64,000 nucleotides of DNA from an uncultured delta proteobacterium (GCA_963710635.1 CAVQAY010000001.1:25674-89673), one strand, 5' to 3'. Counted from the stretch's first letter, positions 36,956 to 46,911 are shown. Numbers and translations are program-made. Notes: generated by a model from the letters alone, not told the origin.

Positions 36956-38659
36956 ATGCCAATGATTTCTCGCCGTGATTTTTTGCAAGTTGGAATGGCC
37001 GCATCGGCCCTTGTGGGGGCGTCCGGTTTTGGCAACTGGGCCCGTCTGGCGGCGCAGCAATCCCTGACGCAGGATCAACTGCTTGAATTCGACACGTTCG
37101 GCAATGTGTCCCTGATCCACGTGACAGATATTCACGCGCAACTGAAACCGATCTACTTCCGCGAACCCGAGGTCAATATCGGCGTCGGCCCGAACAAGGG
37201 CGAGGTGCCCCACGTCACCGGTGCGGAGTTTCGCAAGCTCTACGGGATCGATGACGGCAGCCCGTCGGCCTACGCGCTGACCCATAATGATTTCACGTCG
37301 CTCGCGCAGGGGTATGGCCGCGTCGGGGGGCTGGACCGCGTATCGACAGTGATCAACGCGATCCGCGCCGCACGCCCCGATGCATTGTTGCTGGATGGTG
37401 GCGATACATGGCACGGCAGCTATACCTGCTATCAGACCGAAGGGCAGGACATGGTCAACGTGATGAACGCGTTGAAACCTGATGCGATGACCTTTCACTG
37501 GGAATTTACGCTTGGGTCGGCGCGGGTGCAGGAAATCGTTGAAAACCTGCCCTTTGCCGCGCTGGGGCAGAATATTTTCGATGCTGAATGGGATGAACCG
37601 GCAGAACTGTTCAAGCCCTACCAGTTCTTCGAACGGGGCGGGGTCAAGATCGCCGTCATCGGACAGGCCTTTCCCTATATGCCGATCGCCAACCCCGGCT
37701 GGATGTTCCCCGAATACAGCTTCGGCATCCGTGATGAAAACATGCAGGCAATGGTGGACGAAGTGCGCGGCATGGGCGCGGAACTGGTGGTCTGCCTGTC
37801 CCATAACGGTTTTGACGTGGACAAGAAAATGGCGGGCCGTGTCAGCGGGATTGATGTAATCCTGTCAGGCCACACCCATGATGCATTGCCCGAACCGGTG
37901 CTGGTCGGGGATACCATTATCATCGCCTCGGGCAGCAACGGCAAATTTGTCAGCCGCGTCGATCTGGATGTGCGCGACGGGCAGATGATGGGCTTCCGGC
38001 ACAAGCTGATCCCGATTTTTTCCGACGTGATTGCCCCTGATCCGGTGATCACATCCCTGATCGACGAACAACGCGCGCCCTTCAAGGCCGATCTGGAACA
38101 GGTCATTGGCCAATCGGAATCGCTGCTGTATCGGCGCGGCAATTTCAACGGGACGTGGGATGATCTGATCTGTGACGCGCTGATGTCGGAACGCGATGCC
38201 GATATCGCAATGTCGCCCGGTGTGCGCTGGGGCCCGTCGATCCTGCCCGGTCAGGACATCACCCGCGAAGACATCTGGAACGTCACGTCGATGACATACG
38301 GCAAAGCGTACCGCACGGAAATGACAGGGGAATTCATCCATGTCATTCTGGAAGACGTCGGCGACAACCTGTTCAATCCCGATCCCTATTACCAGCAGGG
38401 TGGCGATATGGTGCGCATCGGCGGCATGGGCTACCGCATTGATATCACCAAGCCGCAGGGCGAACGTATCACCGACATGACATTGCTGAAAACCGGCGAG
38501 GCGATCGATCCGGCCAAAACCTATGTGGTTGCTGGCTGGGCGTCGGTCAACGAAGGCACCGAGGGGCCGCAAATCTGGGATGTGGTGGAAAACCACATCG
38601 CCAAACTGGGCACCGTCAGCGTGACACCCAATACATCTGTCAAAGTTGTAGGGGCCTGA
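36956..38659 (+). CDS. soxB: thiosulfohydrolase SoxB (dimanganese, 5'-nucleotidase-like)
   Basis: 567 aa. Tat signal (ISRRDFLQVGMAA). Metallophosphoesterase motifs (IHVTDIHA, GGDTWHGS, LSHNG, GHTHD) and a 5'-nucleotidase-like C-terminal domain. Confidence 0.95.
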   Translation: MPMISRRDFLQVGMAASALVGASGFGNWARLAAQQSLTQDQLLEFDTFGNVSLIHVTDIHAQLKPIYFREPEVNIGVGPNKGEVPHVTGAEFRKLYGIDDGSPSAYALTHNDFTSLAQGYGRVGGLDRVSTVINAIRAARPDALLLDGGDTWHGSYTCYQTEGQDMVNVMNALKPDAMTFHWEFTLGSARVQEIVENLPFAALGQNIFDAEWDEPAELFKPYQFFERGGVKIAVIGQAFPYMPIANPGWMFPEYSFGIRDENMQAMVDEVRGMGAELVVCLSHNGFDVDKKMAGRVSGIDVILSGHTHDALPEPVLVGDTIIIASGSNGKFVSRVDLDVRDGQMMGFRHKLIPIFSDVIAPDPVITSLIDEQRAPFKADLEQVIGQSESLLYRRGNFNGTWDDLICDALMSERDADIAMSPGVRWGPSILPGQDITREDIWNVTSMTYGKAYRTEMTGEFIHVILEDVGDNLFNPDPYYQQGGDMVRIGGMGYRIDITKPQGERITDMTLLKTGEAIDPAKTYVVAGWASVNEGTEGPQIWDVVENHIAKLGTVSVTPNTSVKVVGA

Positions 38660-38694
38660 CCGCCCGCGACGGTTTGACGTGTTTTTTATTCCAT

Positions 38695-38716
38695 CAAATT
38701 CATTAAAATGAATTTG
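38695..38716. promoter_or_regulatory. perfect inverted repeat CAAATTCATT-aa-AATGAATTTG in the soxB-soxC intergenic region
   Basis: 10-bp arms with a 2-bp spacer, 25 nt upstream of the likely soxC start (38741), preceded by a T7 run (38682-38687). Confidence 0.45.
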
Positions 38717-38740
38717 ATTGTTCAAGAAGGAGACAATGGC

Positions 38741-40009
38741 ATGCGTTTCAGCGCGAAGGGCAAAACACAATCCCGGCGCCAGTTTCTGGCAGGTGCTGCG
38801 GCTGCGGGGGCCGGGGCAGTCACGGCCAGCGCCGCAAAGGCCGAAGGTGATCCACTGATCACAGAAGTGCAGGATTGGGCACGGGGGCTGGGCGACGGTG
38901 TGGACGAAACACCCTATGGCCTGCCGATCGAATTTGAATCCGATGTGGTGCGCCGCAATGTGGAATGGCTGACGGCTGACACGATCAGTTCGATCAACTT
39001 TACCCCGATCCACGCGCTGGACGGAACCATCACGCCACAGGGCTGTGCGTTTGAACGCCACCACTCCGGCGCGATCGAACTGGCGAAACAGGATTACCGG
39101 TTGATGATCAATGGCTTGGTCGACACACCTTTGGTGTTCACCTATGCCGATCTGGAACGGTTTCCGCGCGAAAACCACGTGTATTTCTGCGAATGTGCTG
39201 CCAATACCGGCATGGAATGGGCCGGTGCGCAGTTGAACGGCGCGCAGTTCACGCACGGCATGATCCACAACATGGAATATACCGGTGTGCCGCTGAAAAC
39301 CCTGCTGAACGAGGCGGGTGTGCAGACAACCGGAAAATGGGTTTATGTCGAAGGGGCCGATGCATCCAGCAACGGCCGGTCGATCCCGCTGGACAAGGCG
39401 CTTGAGGATGTTCTGGTAGCCTTCAAGGCCAATGGCGAGGCCTTGCGCAAGGAACACGGCTATCCCGTGCGTCTGGTCGTGCCGGGTTGGGAAGGCAACA
39501 TGTGGATCAAATGGCTGCGCCGGATCGAAGTGACCGATCAGGCGATCGAAAGCCGCGAGGAAACCAGCAAATACACCGACGTTCTGGAAAACGGCATCGC
39601 CCGCAAATGGACGTGGGAAATGGATGCGAAATCGGTTGTGACCAGCCCCAGTCCGCAGGCTCCGATCACCCACGGCAAGGGGCCGCTGGTGATTTCCGGT
39701 CTGGCATGGTCGGGCAGGGGTGCCATCACCCGCGTCGATGTCAGCAAGGACGGTGGCAAGACATGGGAAACCGCCCGTCTCGCCGCCCCGGGCCAAAGCC
39801 GCGCACTGACACGGTTCTATCTGGATACCACATGGGACGGTGAAGAAATGCTGCTGCAAAGCCGCGCCATCGACGAAACCGGTTACGTGCAACCGACCAA
39901 GGCGCAACTGCGCGAGGTGCGCGGCCTGAATTCGATCTATCACAATAACTGCATCCAGACATGGTGGGTGAAAGCAAACGGAGAGGCGGAAAATGTCGAA
40001 GTCTCGTAA
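38741..40009 (+). CDS. soxC: sulfane dehydrogenase molybdopterin subunit SoxC
   Basis: Start at the ATG after AAGGAGA (MRFSAKGKTQSRRQFLAGAAAAGAGA Tat signal). Sulfite-oxidase-family Moco domain (FERHHSG, YFCECAANTG) plus a dimerisation domain. Confidence 0.9.
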   Translation: MRFSAKGKTQSRRQFLAGAAAAGAGAVTASAAKAEGDPLITEVQDWARGLGDGVDETPYGLPIEFESDVVRRNVEWLTADTISSINFTPIHALDGTITPQGCAFERHHSGAIELAKQDYRLMINGLVDTPLVFTYADLERFPRENHVYFCECAANTGMEWAGAQLNGAQFTHGMIHNMEYTGVPLKTLLNEAGVQTTGKWVYVEGADASSNGRSIPLDKALEDVLVAFKANGEALRKEHGYPVRLVVPGWEGNMWIKWLRRIEVTDQAIESREETSKYTDVLENGIARKWTWEMDAKSVVTSPSPQAPITHGKGPLVISGLAWSGRGAITRVDVSKDGGKTWETARLAAPGQSRALTRFYLDTTWDGEEMLLQSRAIDETGYVQPTKAQLREVRGLNSIYHNNCIQTWWVKANGEAENVEVS

Positions 40010-41033
40010 TCTTCTGACGGGTGCAACACTGGCCGCGACACTGGCGGCGGGCCCCGCACTGGCCGAAAAACTGGGCCTGGGGCGTCCGGCCCTGCCCGAA
40101 GAGATCGCAGCATGGGATCTGGATGTCAGCCCCGATGGCACCGGCCTGCCGGCCGGATCCGGCGATGTCTGGACGGGCGATGAACTGTTTGCCGAACATT
40201 GTGCGGTCTGCCACGGCGATTTTGCCGAAGGTGTTGGCAACTGGCCCAAGCTGGCCGGTGGCTTTGACACGCTCGACCGTCAGGATCCGGTCAAAACGGT
40301 GGGATCGTACTGGCCCTATCTGTCCACCACTTGGGATTACGTCAACCGGTCAATGCCGTTTGGCAATGCCCAGTCGCTGGAACCGGACGAAGTCTATGCG
40401 ATTGTGGCCTATATCCTGTATTCCAACGATCTGGTCGATGACGATTTCGTGCTGTCCAACGAAACCTTTCTGGACGTCGAAATGCCCAATGCCGACGGGT
40501 TTATCGTGGATGATCGCGCCGAAACCGAACTGGCACAGTTTTCGGGTGAACCCTGCATGACCGATTGCAAGGACAGCGTTGAAATCACCATGCGCGCTGC
40601 CGTTCTGGATGTCACGCCCGAAGAAGACACCGATGACACTGCAGCTGCTACTGCTGCGACAGAAGAACAGGCTGCTGTGGCGGAAGAACCGGTTGTCGTC
40701 GCCGCGCTGGACCCCGAATTGGTCGAAGCGGGCGAAAAGGTGTTCAAGAAATGCAAGGCCTGCCATCAGGTCGGCGCCGATGCGAAAAACAGAACCGGCC
40801 CGATCCTGAACGGCATCGTGGATGCGCCCGCCGGTGCGGTGGCCGATTTCAAATATTCCAACGCACTGATCGAGGCGGCAGGCGAAGGTCTGATCTGGGA
40901 CGAGGCCGCATTGACCGCATTCCTGACCAAACCCAAGGCGTTCATGAACGGCACCAAGATGTCATTTGCAGGCCTGCGTAAGGAAGACGATATCACGGCG
41001 ATCCTTGCCTATCTCAGATCCTATCAGGAGTAA
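39993..41033 (+). CDS. soxD: dihaem cytochrome c SoxD
   Basis: 346 aa. Two CxxCH motifs (CAVCH, CKACH). Overlaps the soxC 3' end by 17 nt. Confidence 0.85.
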   Translation: MSKSRNLLTGATLAATLAAGPALAEKLGLGRPALPEEIAAWDLDVSPDGTGLPAGSGDVWTGDELFAEHCAVCHGDFAEGVGNWPKLAGGFDTLDRQDPVKTVGSYWPYLSTTWDYVNRSMPFGNAQSLEPDEVYAIVAYILYSNDLVDDDFVLSNETFLDVEMPNADGFIVDDRAETELAQFSGEPCMTDCKDSVEITMRAAVLDVTPEEDTDDTAAATAATEEQAAVAEEPVVVAALDPELVEAGEKVFKKCKACHQVGADAKNRTGPILNGIVDAPAGAVADFKYSNALIEAAGEGLIWDEAALTAFLTKPKAFMNGTKMSFAGLRKEDDITAILAYLRSYQE

Positions 41034-41036
41034 GCA

Positions 41037-41750
41037 ATGCGTTCCGTTCTGTTGACGTTTGGCCTGTTGGTGCTGCCCCTTGGCGGCGCCGTTCGGGCCG
41101 AACAGGAGGTGCAACAGATCGGCGACGCGGCGCGCGGCGAAACCCTGTTTTCACAGTGCAGCGGATGCCACAAGGTCGGGGCCGGCGCACAAAGCGGCAT
41201 CGGCCCGCATCTGAACGGTATCTACGGGCGCAAGGCGGCGGCCATTGACGGATTCTTTTATTCCAAGGGCATCGAACGCGCCGCCAAGGATGGCCTGATC
41301 TGGGAACTGGCAACCCTTGATGCCTATATCGAAAACCCCAAGGCGCTGGTCAGCGGCACAAGGATGAGTTTTCGCGGTATCAAGGACCCGCAAGACCGCC
41401 ACGATGTGCTGGCGTATTTACGCCTCTTTTCCGACAATCCCGCCAACATCCCCGAGGCCGCGCCGACCGCGCAGGCGCGCGAGGTGGACCTGCCACCCGA
41501 TATTCTGGCGATTGTCGGCGATCCCGAATACGGCGCGTACCTGTCCAGCGAATGCAGCACCTGCCACCAGATTGATGGCAGCGATGCAGGGATTCCATCC
41601 ATCACGCGTTGGCCTTCGGAAGATTTTGTCGTCGCCATGCACGCCTACAAACAGAAATTGCGGCCCCATCCCGTCATGCAGATGATGGCGGGCCGCCTGT
41701 CGGATGAAGAAATCGCAGCCCTTGCTGCATATTACGGAGCGTTGGACTAG
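41037..41750 (+). CDS. soxE: dihaem c-type cytochrome SoxE
   Basis: 237 aa. Has a signal peptide and CSGCH and CSTCH motifs. Sits between soxD and soxF. Confidence 0.8.
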   Translation: MRSVLLTFGLLVLPLGGAVRAEQEVQQIGDAARGETLFSQCSGCHKVGAGAQSGIGPHLNGIYGRKAAAIDGFFYSKGIERAAKDGLIWELATLDAYIENPKALVSGTRMSFRGIKDPQDRHDVLAYLRLFSDNPANIPEAAPTAQAREVDLPPDILAIVGDPEYGAYLSSECSTCHQIDGSDAGIPSITRWPSEDFVVAMHAYKQKLRPHPVMQMMAGRLSDEEIAALAAYYGALD

Positions 41751-41778
41751 CCGCGCTCTTTCACGGGAGGAGAAGGCA

Positions 41779-43047
41779 ATGACATTGAACAGACGTGTTT
41801 TTATCGGGTCGTCCGCAGCGGCGGCAACGCTGCTCAGCGCGCCGATGGTGCAGGCCGCAAGCCATGGGCGGCCCAAGGTTGTCGTGATCGGCGGCGGCGC
41901 AGGCGGGGCCACCGCGGCGCGCTACATCGCCAAGGACAGCAAGGGCGAAATTGATGTCACGCTGGTCGAACCGTCACGCAGCTATTACACCTGCTTCTTT
42001 TCCAATCTTTATATCGGTGGCTTCCGCGATATCCAAAGCCTGGCCCATTCCTATGGCACATTGGCGTCCGATTACGGCATAAACGTTGTCCATGACTGGG
42101 CCATCGGGATTGATCGGGACGCCAGAACCGTCACCCTCGCGGGCGGATCGGTGCTGCCTTATGACCGGCTGGTTCTGTCACCCGGTATTGATTTTGTTGA
42201 CGGTGCCGTCGAAGGCTGGGATTTGTCCGCACAGAACGCGATGCCGCACGCCTATAAGGGCGGGTCACAAACCGAACTTCTCAAGGCGCAGATCATGGCG
42301 ATGCCCGAAGGCGGCACATTCGCGATGGTCGCGCCGCCCAATCCCTTTCGCTGCCCACCCGGACCTTATGAACGTGTGTCGATGGTGGCGCACCTGTTAA
42401 AGGCCAACAACCCGACGGCCAAGATCATCGTCGCGGACCCCAAGGCAAAATTCTCCAAAATGGCGCTGTTTCAGGAAGGGTGGGGTACGCATTATTCCGG
42501 CATGATCGACTGGATCGGCGAGGATTTCGGCGGTGGCAACGTATCGGTCAATCCCGATGCAATGACCGTGACCATTGATGGCGAAGAAACGCAGGTTGAT
42601 GTGTGCAATGTCATCCCCGCGCAAAAGGCGGGGCACATCTGCGAAATGGCGGGCATCACCGAAGGCAACTGGGCACCTGTATCAGGCCACACGATGCAAA
42701 GCCGGCTGGATGAAAACATCCATGTTCTGGGCGATGCCACCAATCAGGGCGATATGCCGAAATCGGGCTTTTCCGCCAATTCACAGGCCAAGGTCGCGGC
42801 CATGGCCATTCGCGGTGCGTTGACCGGATCATCGGTGTTTCCGGCCAAGTTTTCCAACACCTGCTGGTCACTGATTGATACCGATGATGGCGTCAAGGTC
42901 GGCGCGACATATGAAGCCACTGACGAAAAGATCGCCAAGGTGGACGGCTTTATCTCGCAGACCGGCGAAAGCGGCGACCTGCGCAAGGTGACGTATGAGG
43001 AAAGCCTTGGCTGGTATGACGGGATCACATCCGACATGTTCGGATAG
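41779..43047 (+). CDS. soxF: flavocytochrome-c-type sulfide dehydrogenase flavoprotein SoxF
   Basis: Start at the ATG after GGGAGGAGAAGG (MTLNRRVFIGSSAAAATLLSAPMVQA Tat signal). FAD fingerprint VVVIGGGAGGATAA. Confidence 0.85.
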   Translation: MTLNRRVFIGSSAAAATLLSAPMVQAASHGRPKVVVIGGGAGGATAARYIAKDSKGEIDVTLVEPSRSYYTCFFSNLYIGGFRDIQSLAHSYGTLASDYGINVVHDWAIGIDRDARTVTLAGGSVLPYDRLVLSPGIDFVDGAVEGWDLSAQNAMPHAYKGGSQTELLKAQIMAMPEGGTFAMVAPPNPFRCPPGPYERVSMVAHLLKANNPTAKIIVADPKAKFSKMALFQEGWGTHYSGMIDWIGEDFGGGNVSVNPDAMTVTIDGEETQVDVCNVIPAQKAGHICEMAGITEGNWAPVSGHTMQSRLDENIHVLGDATNQGDMPKSGFSANSQAKVAAMAIRGALTGSSVFPAKFSNTCWSLIDTDDGVKVGATYEATDEKIAKVDGFISQTGESGDLRKVTYEESLGWYDGITSDMFG

Positions 43048-43073
43048 GTCGGGCGCGCAATGCTCCTTGGGAA

Positions 43074-43106
43074 ACGCCCGCGGGTTACAGCGCGGGCGTT
43101 TTTTTG
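43074..43106 (+). terminator. rho-independent terminator after soxF
   Basis: ACGCCCGCG-ggttacag-CGCGGGCGT followed by TTTTTTT. It overlaps the last codons of the convergent gene, which ends at 43085. Confidence 0.65.
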
Positions 43107-44311
43107 TCTGAAAGCCCGAGCTCTTTCAACAGGTCAGGGATGCGGTCGCGGAACTTGAAAAACCCGCGCGTCGCGTGTGGCCACGCGGCCCCATCATAGG
43201 GGCGCAGAATCCGGATCAACGGAATGTCGGGGCGTTGTATTTCAACTTGGCGCAACGCATCCGCGACCGGCCCGACCGGCGCGTAGGGTGTGATGATCTG
43301 GGCCAGATCGTTTGCATCGATCCAGCCGATCAGGGCATCGGGCGGGCAGGGGCCGGTCACATCGCCCAACCTGTCGCGCCACCGCTCGCGCACATCCTGC
43401 ATTGCGCCTTGATTGAATTCCGCAACATGCGGCGCAACGGCCAGCGGGCTAAGACCGCCGGTAGCATCCAGAAACATCGTCGCAGCGGGCGACCAGTCTG
43501 CGGGCAGCATAAATCCGGGGCTCAGATCATCGCCGTGCAGGATCAGGCCTGTACGCTGCGTTTGATCCCGTTCCTGTGGTGGGGGCGTCCAATGCGGCGG
43601 CGGATCGGGCGGGGCATCCACGGGAACGGCGATCTGCGCCAGTTGTCCGTGCGGGGCAAACCGCCCGTCGGTGTATTTTTCGATATTGTCGGCCCGCGCC
43701 AGATAGGTCTTGCCCTTGGTCTGTGCGCCCGCCACCCAGCGCCAGCCCAACGTGTTCGACGCCGGATCACCGTCCAGCAGGTGGCGCAAAAAGAAATCCG
43801 CGCCCAGCACCCATGGCAGGCGCAAGGTAAACACCCAGATCGACGCGAACCACATCCGCGCGTGATTGTGCAGATACCCTGTTTGCACCAGTTCACGCGC
43901 CCAGTGATCGAAACAGGCAATGCCGGTTTCCCCCAGACACGCGGCCTGCCATTCGGTGCGCAAACCTTGCGCGGTTTGTACGTGATCAAGCGCGCGCGCC
44001 AGATCGGCGCGGTACTGCGCCCAGACCGCAGGGCGCTGTTCCAGCCAGCCTTTCCAGTAGGTGCGCCAGAACACTTCTTGCACGAATTTTTGTGCGGCGG
44101 CGGGCGAATGGCGCGCCAGCGTCGCCTCCAGAACCTCTTGTTCGGTGATCAGGCGGGTGCGCAGATAGGGCGATAGAGTCGACACGTGGGTGTGCGATCC
44201 GGCCCCCAGATCATAATTGCGCAGGCGCGCGTAGTCTGCCCCCGCCTTTGGCGCAAAGCGCGCCAACCGTTCCAGTGCCGCGGTGCGTGTCGGGGGAAAA
44301 ACATCTGTCAT
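43085..44311 (-). CDS. photolyase/cryptochrome FAD-binding-domain protein with unusual domain order
   Basis: 408 aa from the internal ATG (MTDVFPP...). The N-terminal 240 aa look like the photolyase FAD-binding domain (LSPYLRTRLIT, EVFWRTYWKGW, ETGIACFDHWARELVQTGYLHNHARMWFASIW, FLRHLLDGDPASNTLGWRWVAG). About 170 aa of C-terminal sequence are not part of that domain. Confidence 0.75.
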   Translation of the reverse strand: MTDVFPPTRTAALERLARFAPKAGADYARLRNYDLGAGSHTHVSTLSPYLRTRLITEQEVLEATLARHSPAAAQKFVQEVFWRTYWKGWLEQRPAVWAQYRADLARALDHVQTAQGLRTEWQAACLGETGIACFDHWARELVQTGYLHNHARMWFASIWVFTLRLPWVLGADFFLRHLLDGDPASNTLGWRWVAGAQTKGKTYLARADNIEKYTDGRFAPHGQLAQIAVPVDAPPDPPPHWTPPPQERDQTQRTGLILHGDDLSPGFMLPADWSPAATMFLDATGGLSPLAVAPHVAEFNQGAMQDVRERWRDRLGDVTGPCPPDALIGWIDANDLAQIITPYAPVGPVADALRQVEIQRPDIPLIRILRPYDGAAWPHATRGFFKFRDRIPDLLKELGLSDKKTPAL

Positions 44312-44454
44312 GAGGCGCGATCTAGGGTGAGGTCCGGCCCCTTCAACCCTGTCAAACCGCGCCACCCCCCCTTGCAGCCCCCCAAGGGCGACACTAAGAC
44401 TTTGCTAACAGTTCGTCGGGTATGGTCCCGACACATCAAAGCAGGCAGGCCGAT

Positions 44455-45087
44455 ATGCACGATCCTATTGATACCTACATGAACACCCTTGTCCCGATGG
44501 TTGTTGAACAGACCAGCCGGGGCGAACGCGCCTATGACATCTTTTCGCGCCTGCTGAAGGAACGGATCATTTTCCTGTCGGGGCCGGTCCATGACGGAAT
44601 GTCATCGCTGATCGTCGCGCAGTTGTTGCATCTTGAGGCGGAAAACCCGTCCAAGGAAATCAGCATGTACATCAACAGCCCCGGCGGCGTCGTGACCTCG
44701 GGTCTGTCGATCTACGACACGATGCAATACATCAAACCCAAGGTCAGCACGCTGGTTGTCGGGCAGGCGGCGTCGATGGGGTCTTTGCTGCTGACGGCGG
44801 GTGAAAAGGGCATGCGGTTTTCGCTGCCCAACAGCCGCGTCATGGTGCACCAGCCCTCGGGCGGGTATCAGGGGCAGGCCACGGATATCATGATCCACGC
44901 GCAGGAAACCCAGAAGCTGAAAACGCGGTTGAACGAAATTTACGTGCGCCACACCGGCCAGACCCTGAAAAAGGTCGAGGCCGCGCTGGAGCGTGATAAT
45001 TTCATGTCGCCCGAAGAAGCGCGCGACTGGGGCCTGATCGACGAGATCGTGGCAAGCCGCCCGAAAGGCGAAGATGACGACAGCTAA
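44455..45087 (+). CDS. clpP: ATP-dependent Clp protease proteolytic subunit
   Basis: Start at the internal ATG ([34 protein letters not shown]...). The catalytic-site context GQAASMGS is present. Confidence 0.95.
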   Translation: MHDPIDTYMNTLVPMVVEQTSRGERAYDIFSRLLKERIIFLSGPVHDGMSSLIVAQLLHLEAENPSKEISMYINSPGGVVTSGLSIYDTMQYIKPKVSTLVVGQAASMGSLLLTAGEKGMRFSLPNSRVMVHQPSGGYQGQATDIMIHAQETQKLKTRLNEIYVRHTGQTLKKVEAALERDNFMSPEEARDWGLIDEIVASRPKGEDDDS

Positions 45088-45256
45088 GCAATTGCTGGCA
45101 GGCGTGATGCAGGATCACATCGTGTGGTCCTGCCATCGGCGCAAAGCGCATTTTGCGATTGTGGTGCTCAAAGTGCTGGCCTAAGCTGGCCAAATCAGGA
45201 CGTATCCGGCCCGTGTTCCGGCCGGACGCGACACAGTAAAGCCTGAAAGGTTTGAC

Positions 45257-46525
45257 ATGGCGACGAATTCAAGCGGCGACAGCAAAAATACACTTTACTG
45301 CAGCTTTTGCGGCAAAAGTCAGCACGAGGTACGCAAACTTATTGCGGGCCCGACCGTGTTCATCTGCGATGAATGTGTCGAACTTTGCATGGATATCATC
45401 CGCGAAGAAACCAAGGCCAGCGGCCTGAAATCGACCGACGGCGTACCAACCCCCAAGGATATTTGCGGCGTTCTGGACGATTATGTGATCGGGCAGGCCA
45501 CCGCGAAAAAGGTTTTGTCGGTGGCTGTGCACAACCATTACAAACGCCTGAACCACGCCCAGAAGGCCGGCAATGATATTGAACTCGCCAAATCCAACAT
45601 CCTTCTGATCGGTCCGACAGGCTGCGGTAAAACCCTGCTGGCGCAAACGCTGGCGCGCATTCTGGATGTGCCGTTCACCATGGCCGACGCCACCACATTG
45701 ACCGAAGCGGGCTATGTCGGAGAAGACGTTGAAAACATCATCCTGAAATTGTTGCAATCGTCCGAATATAACGTCGAACGCGCACAACGCGGCATCGTCT
45801 ATATTGACGAGGTCGACAAGATCACCCGCAAATCCGAAAACCCGTCGATCACCCGCGATGTGTCGGGCGAAGGTGTGCAGCAGGCCCTGTTGAAGCTGAT
45901 GGAAGGCACGGTTGCGTCTGTGCCACCACAGGGCGGGCGCAAACATCCGCAGCAGGAATTCCTGCAAGTGGACACAACCAACATCCTGTTCATCTGCGGC
46001 GGGGCCTTTGCGGGGCTTGACCGGATCATCGCCGCGCGCGGCAAGGGCAGCGCCATGGGGTTCGGGGCCGATGTGCGCGACAATGACGATCGTGGCGTCG
46101 GTGAAATCTTTACCGATCTGGAACCCGAAGACCTGTTGAAATTCGGCCTGATCCCTGAATTTGTCGGCCGTCTGCCGGTTCTGGCCACGCTGGAAGATCT
46201 GGATGAAGACGCGCTTGTCACCATTCTGACCCAGCCGAAAAACGCATTGGTCAAGCAATACCAGCGCCTGTTCGAACTGGAAGACACGCAGCTGACCTTT
46301 ACCGATGACGCGCTCAAAGCAATTGCGAAACGCGCCATCCTGCGCAAAACCGGTGCGCGGGGTCTGCGCTCGATCTTGGAAGATATCCTGCTGGATACCA
46401 TGTTCGATTTGCCCGGGCTTGATTCCGTGACCGAGGTTGTGGTGAACGAAGAGGCGGTGAATTCCGATGCCAAACCGTTGATGATCCACGCCGACGCCGA
46501 AAAGAAACCCGCCACGGCGGGCTAG
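45257..46525 (+). CDS. clpX: ATP-dependent Clp protease ATP-binding subunit
   Basis: 422 aa. N-terminal zinc ribbon (CSFCGK...CDEC), Walker A GPTGCGKT, and IVYIDEVDK. Confidence 0.95.
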   Translation: MATNSSGDSKNTLYCSFCGKSQHEVRKLIAGPTVFICDECVELCMDIIREETKASGLKSTDGVPTPKDICGVLDDYVIGQATAKKVLSVAVHNHYKRLNHAQKAGNDIELAKSNILLIGPTGCGKTLLAQTLARILDVPFTMADATTLTEAGYVGEDVENIILKLLQSSEYNVERAQRGIVYIDEVDKITRKSENPSITRDVSGEGVQQALLKLMEGTVASVPPQGGRKHPQQEFLQVDTTNILFICGGAFAGLDRIIAARGKGSAMGFGADVRDNDDRGVGEIFTDLEPEDLLKFGLIPEFVGRLPVLATLEDLDEDALVTILTQPKNALVKQYQRLFELEDTQLTFTDDALKAIAKRAILRKTGARGLRSILEDILLDTMFDLPGLDSVTEVVVNEEAVNSDAKPLMIHADAEKKPATAG

Positions 46526-46527
46526 CC

Positions 46528-46911
46528 ATGGCGGGCATCCGGCGTATTTCTTCCGGCGGGCCTTACGAATCCCGAATAGGATATTGCCGTGCCACAGTGG
46601 CAAACGGCATGGTCTTCGTGTCCGGTACGGTTGCGGGCGGACCGGATGTGCCAACCGATGTTGTCGATCAGTGCAAATCCGCGCTTGCCATCATCAGGGC
46701 GGCCCTGAACGAGGCGGGCGCCGGTTTTGCCGATGTGGTCCGCGTCAACTATATCCTGCCCGATGTCAAAGATTTCGAACCGTGCTGGCCCGTGTTGCAG
46801 GCGACATTCGGGGACAACCCGCCAGCGACCATGATGATCGAAAGCAATCTGATCGACCCGAAATACAAGATCGAGATCGAAGTGACCGCCTGCCTGCCTG
46901 TCGCGCAATAG
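46528..46911 (+). CDS. RidA/YjgF-family protein
   Basis: 127 aa. YjgF/chorismate-mutase-like pattern (..VFVSGTVA.., ..ADVVRVNYIL.., IEIEVTA). Starts 3 nt after the clpX stop. Confidence 0.75.
   Translation: MAGIRRISSGGPYESRIGYCRATVANGMVFVSGTVAGGPDVPTDVVDQCKSALAIIRAALNEAGAGFADVVRVNYILPDVKDFEPCWPVLQATFGDNPPATMMIESNLIDPKYKIEIEVTACLPVAQ

Noticed and set aside
38660-38690. Rho-independent terminator after soxB
   Set aside because: A T7 run is present (38682-38687), but the preceding stem is only about 4 bp (ACCG/CGGT). Not convincing as a terminator, so only the downstream palindrome is reported.
37865-40270. 801-aa minus-strand ORF, the longest in the track
   Set aside because: It lies entirely antisense to soxB, soxC and soxD, whose plus-strand products have unmistakable motifs. 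Its own translation is Arg/Gly/Ala/Pro-rich with no recognisable domain. This is a typical stop-poor antisense frame in high-GC DNA.
43175-44176. 333-aa plus-strand ORF
   Set aside because: Antisense to the photolyase-like gene. It has no motifs and an Arg-rich composition.
44312-44454. Heat-shock (RpoH-type) promoter upstream of clpP
   Set aside because: There is a CTTG followed about 17 nt later by CACTAAG, but the -10 part matches the alphaproteobacterial CYTATNT consensus poorly. Too weak to annotate.
45269-46654. 461-aa minus-strand ORF
   Set aside because: Antisense to clpX, which has the zinc ribbon and Walker motifs on the plus strand. A GC-driven artefact.
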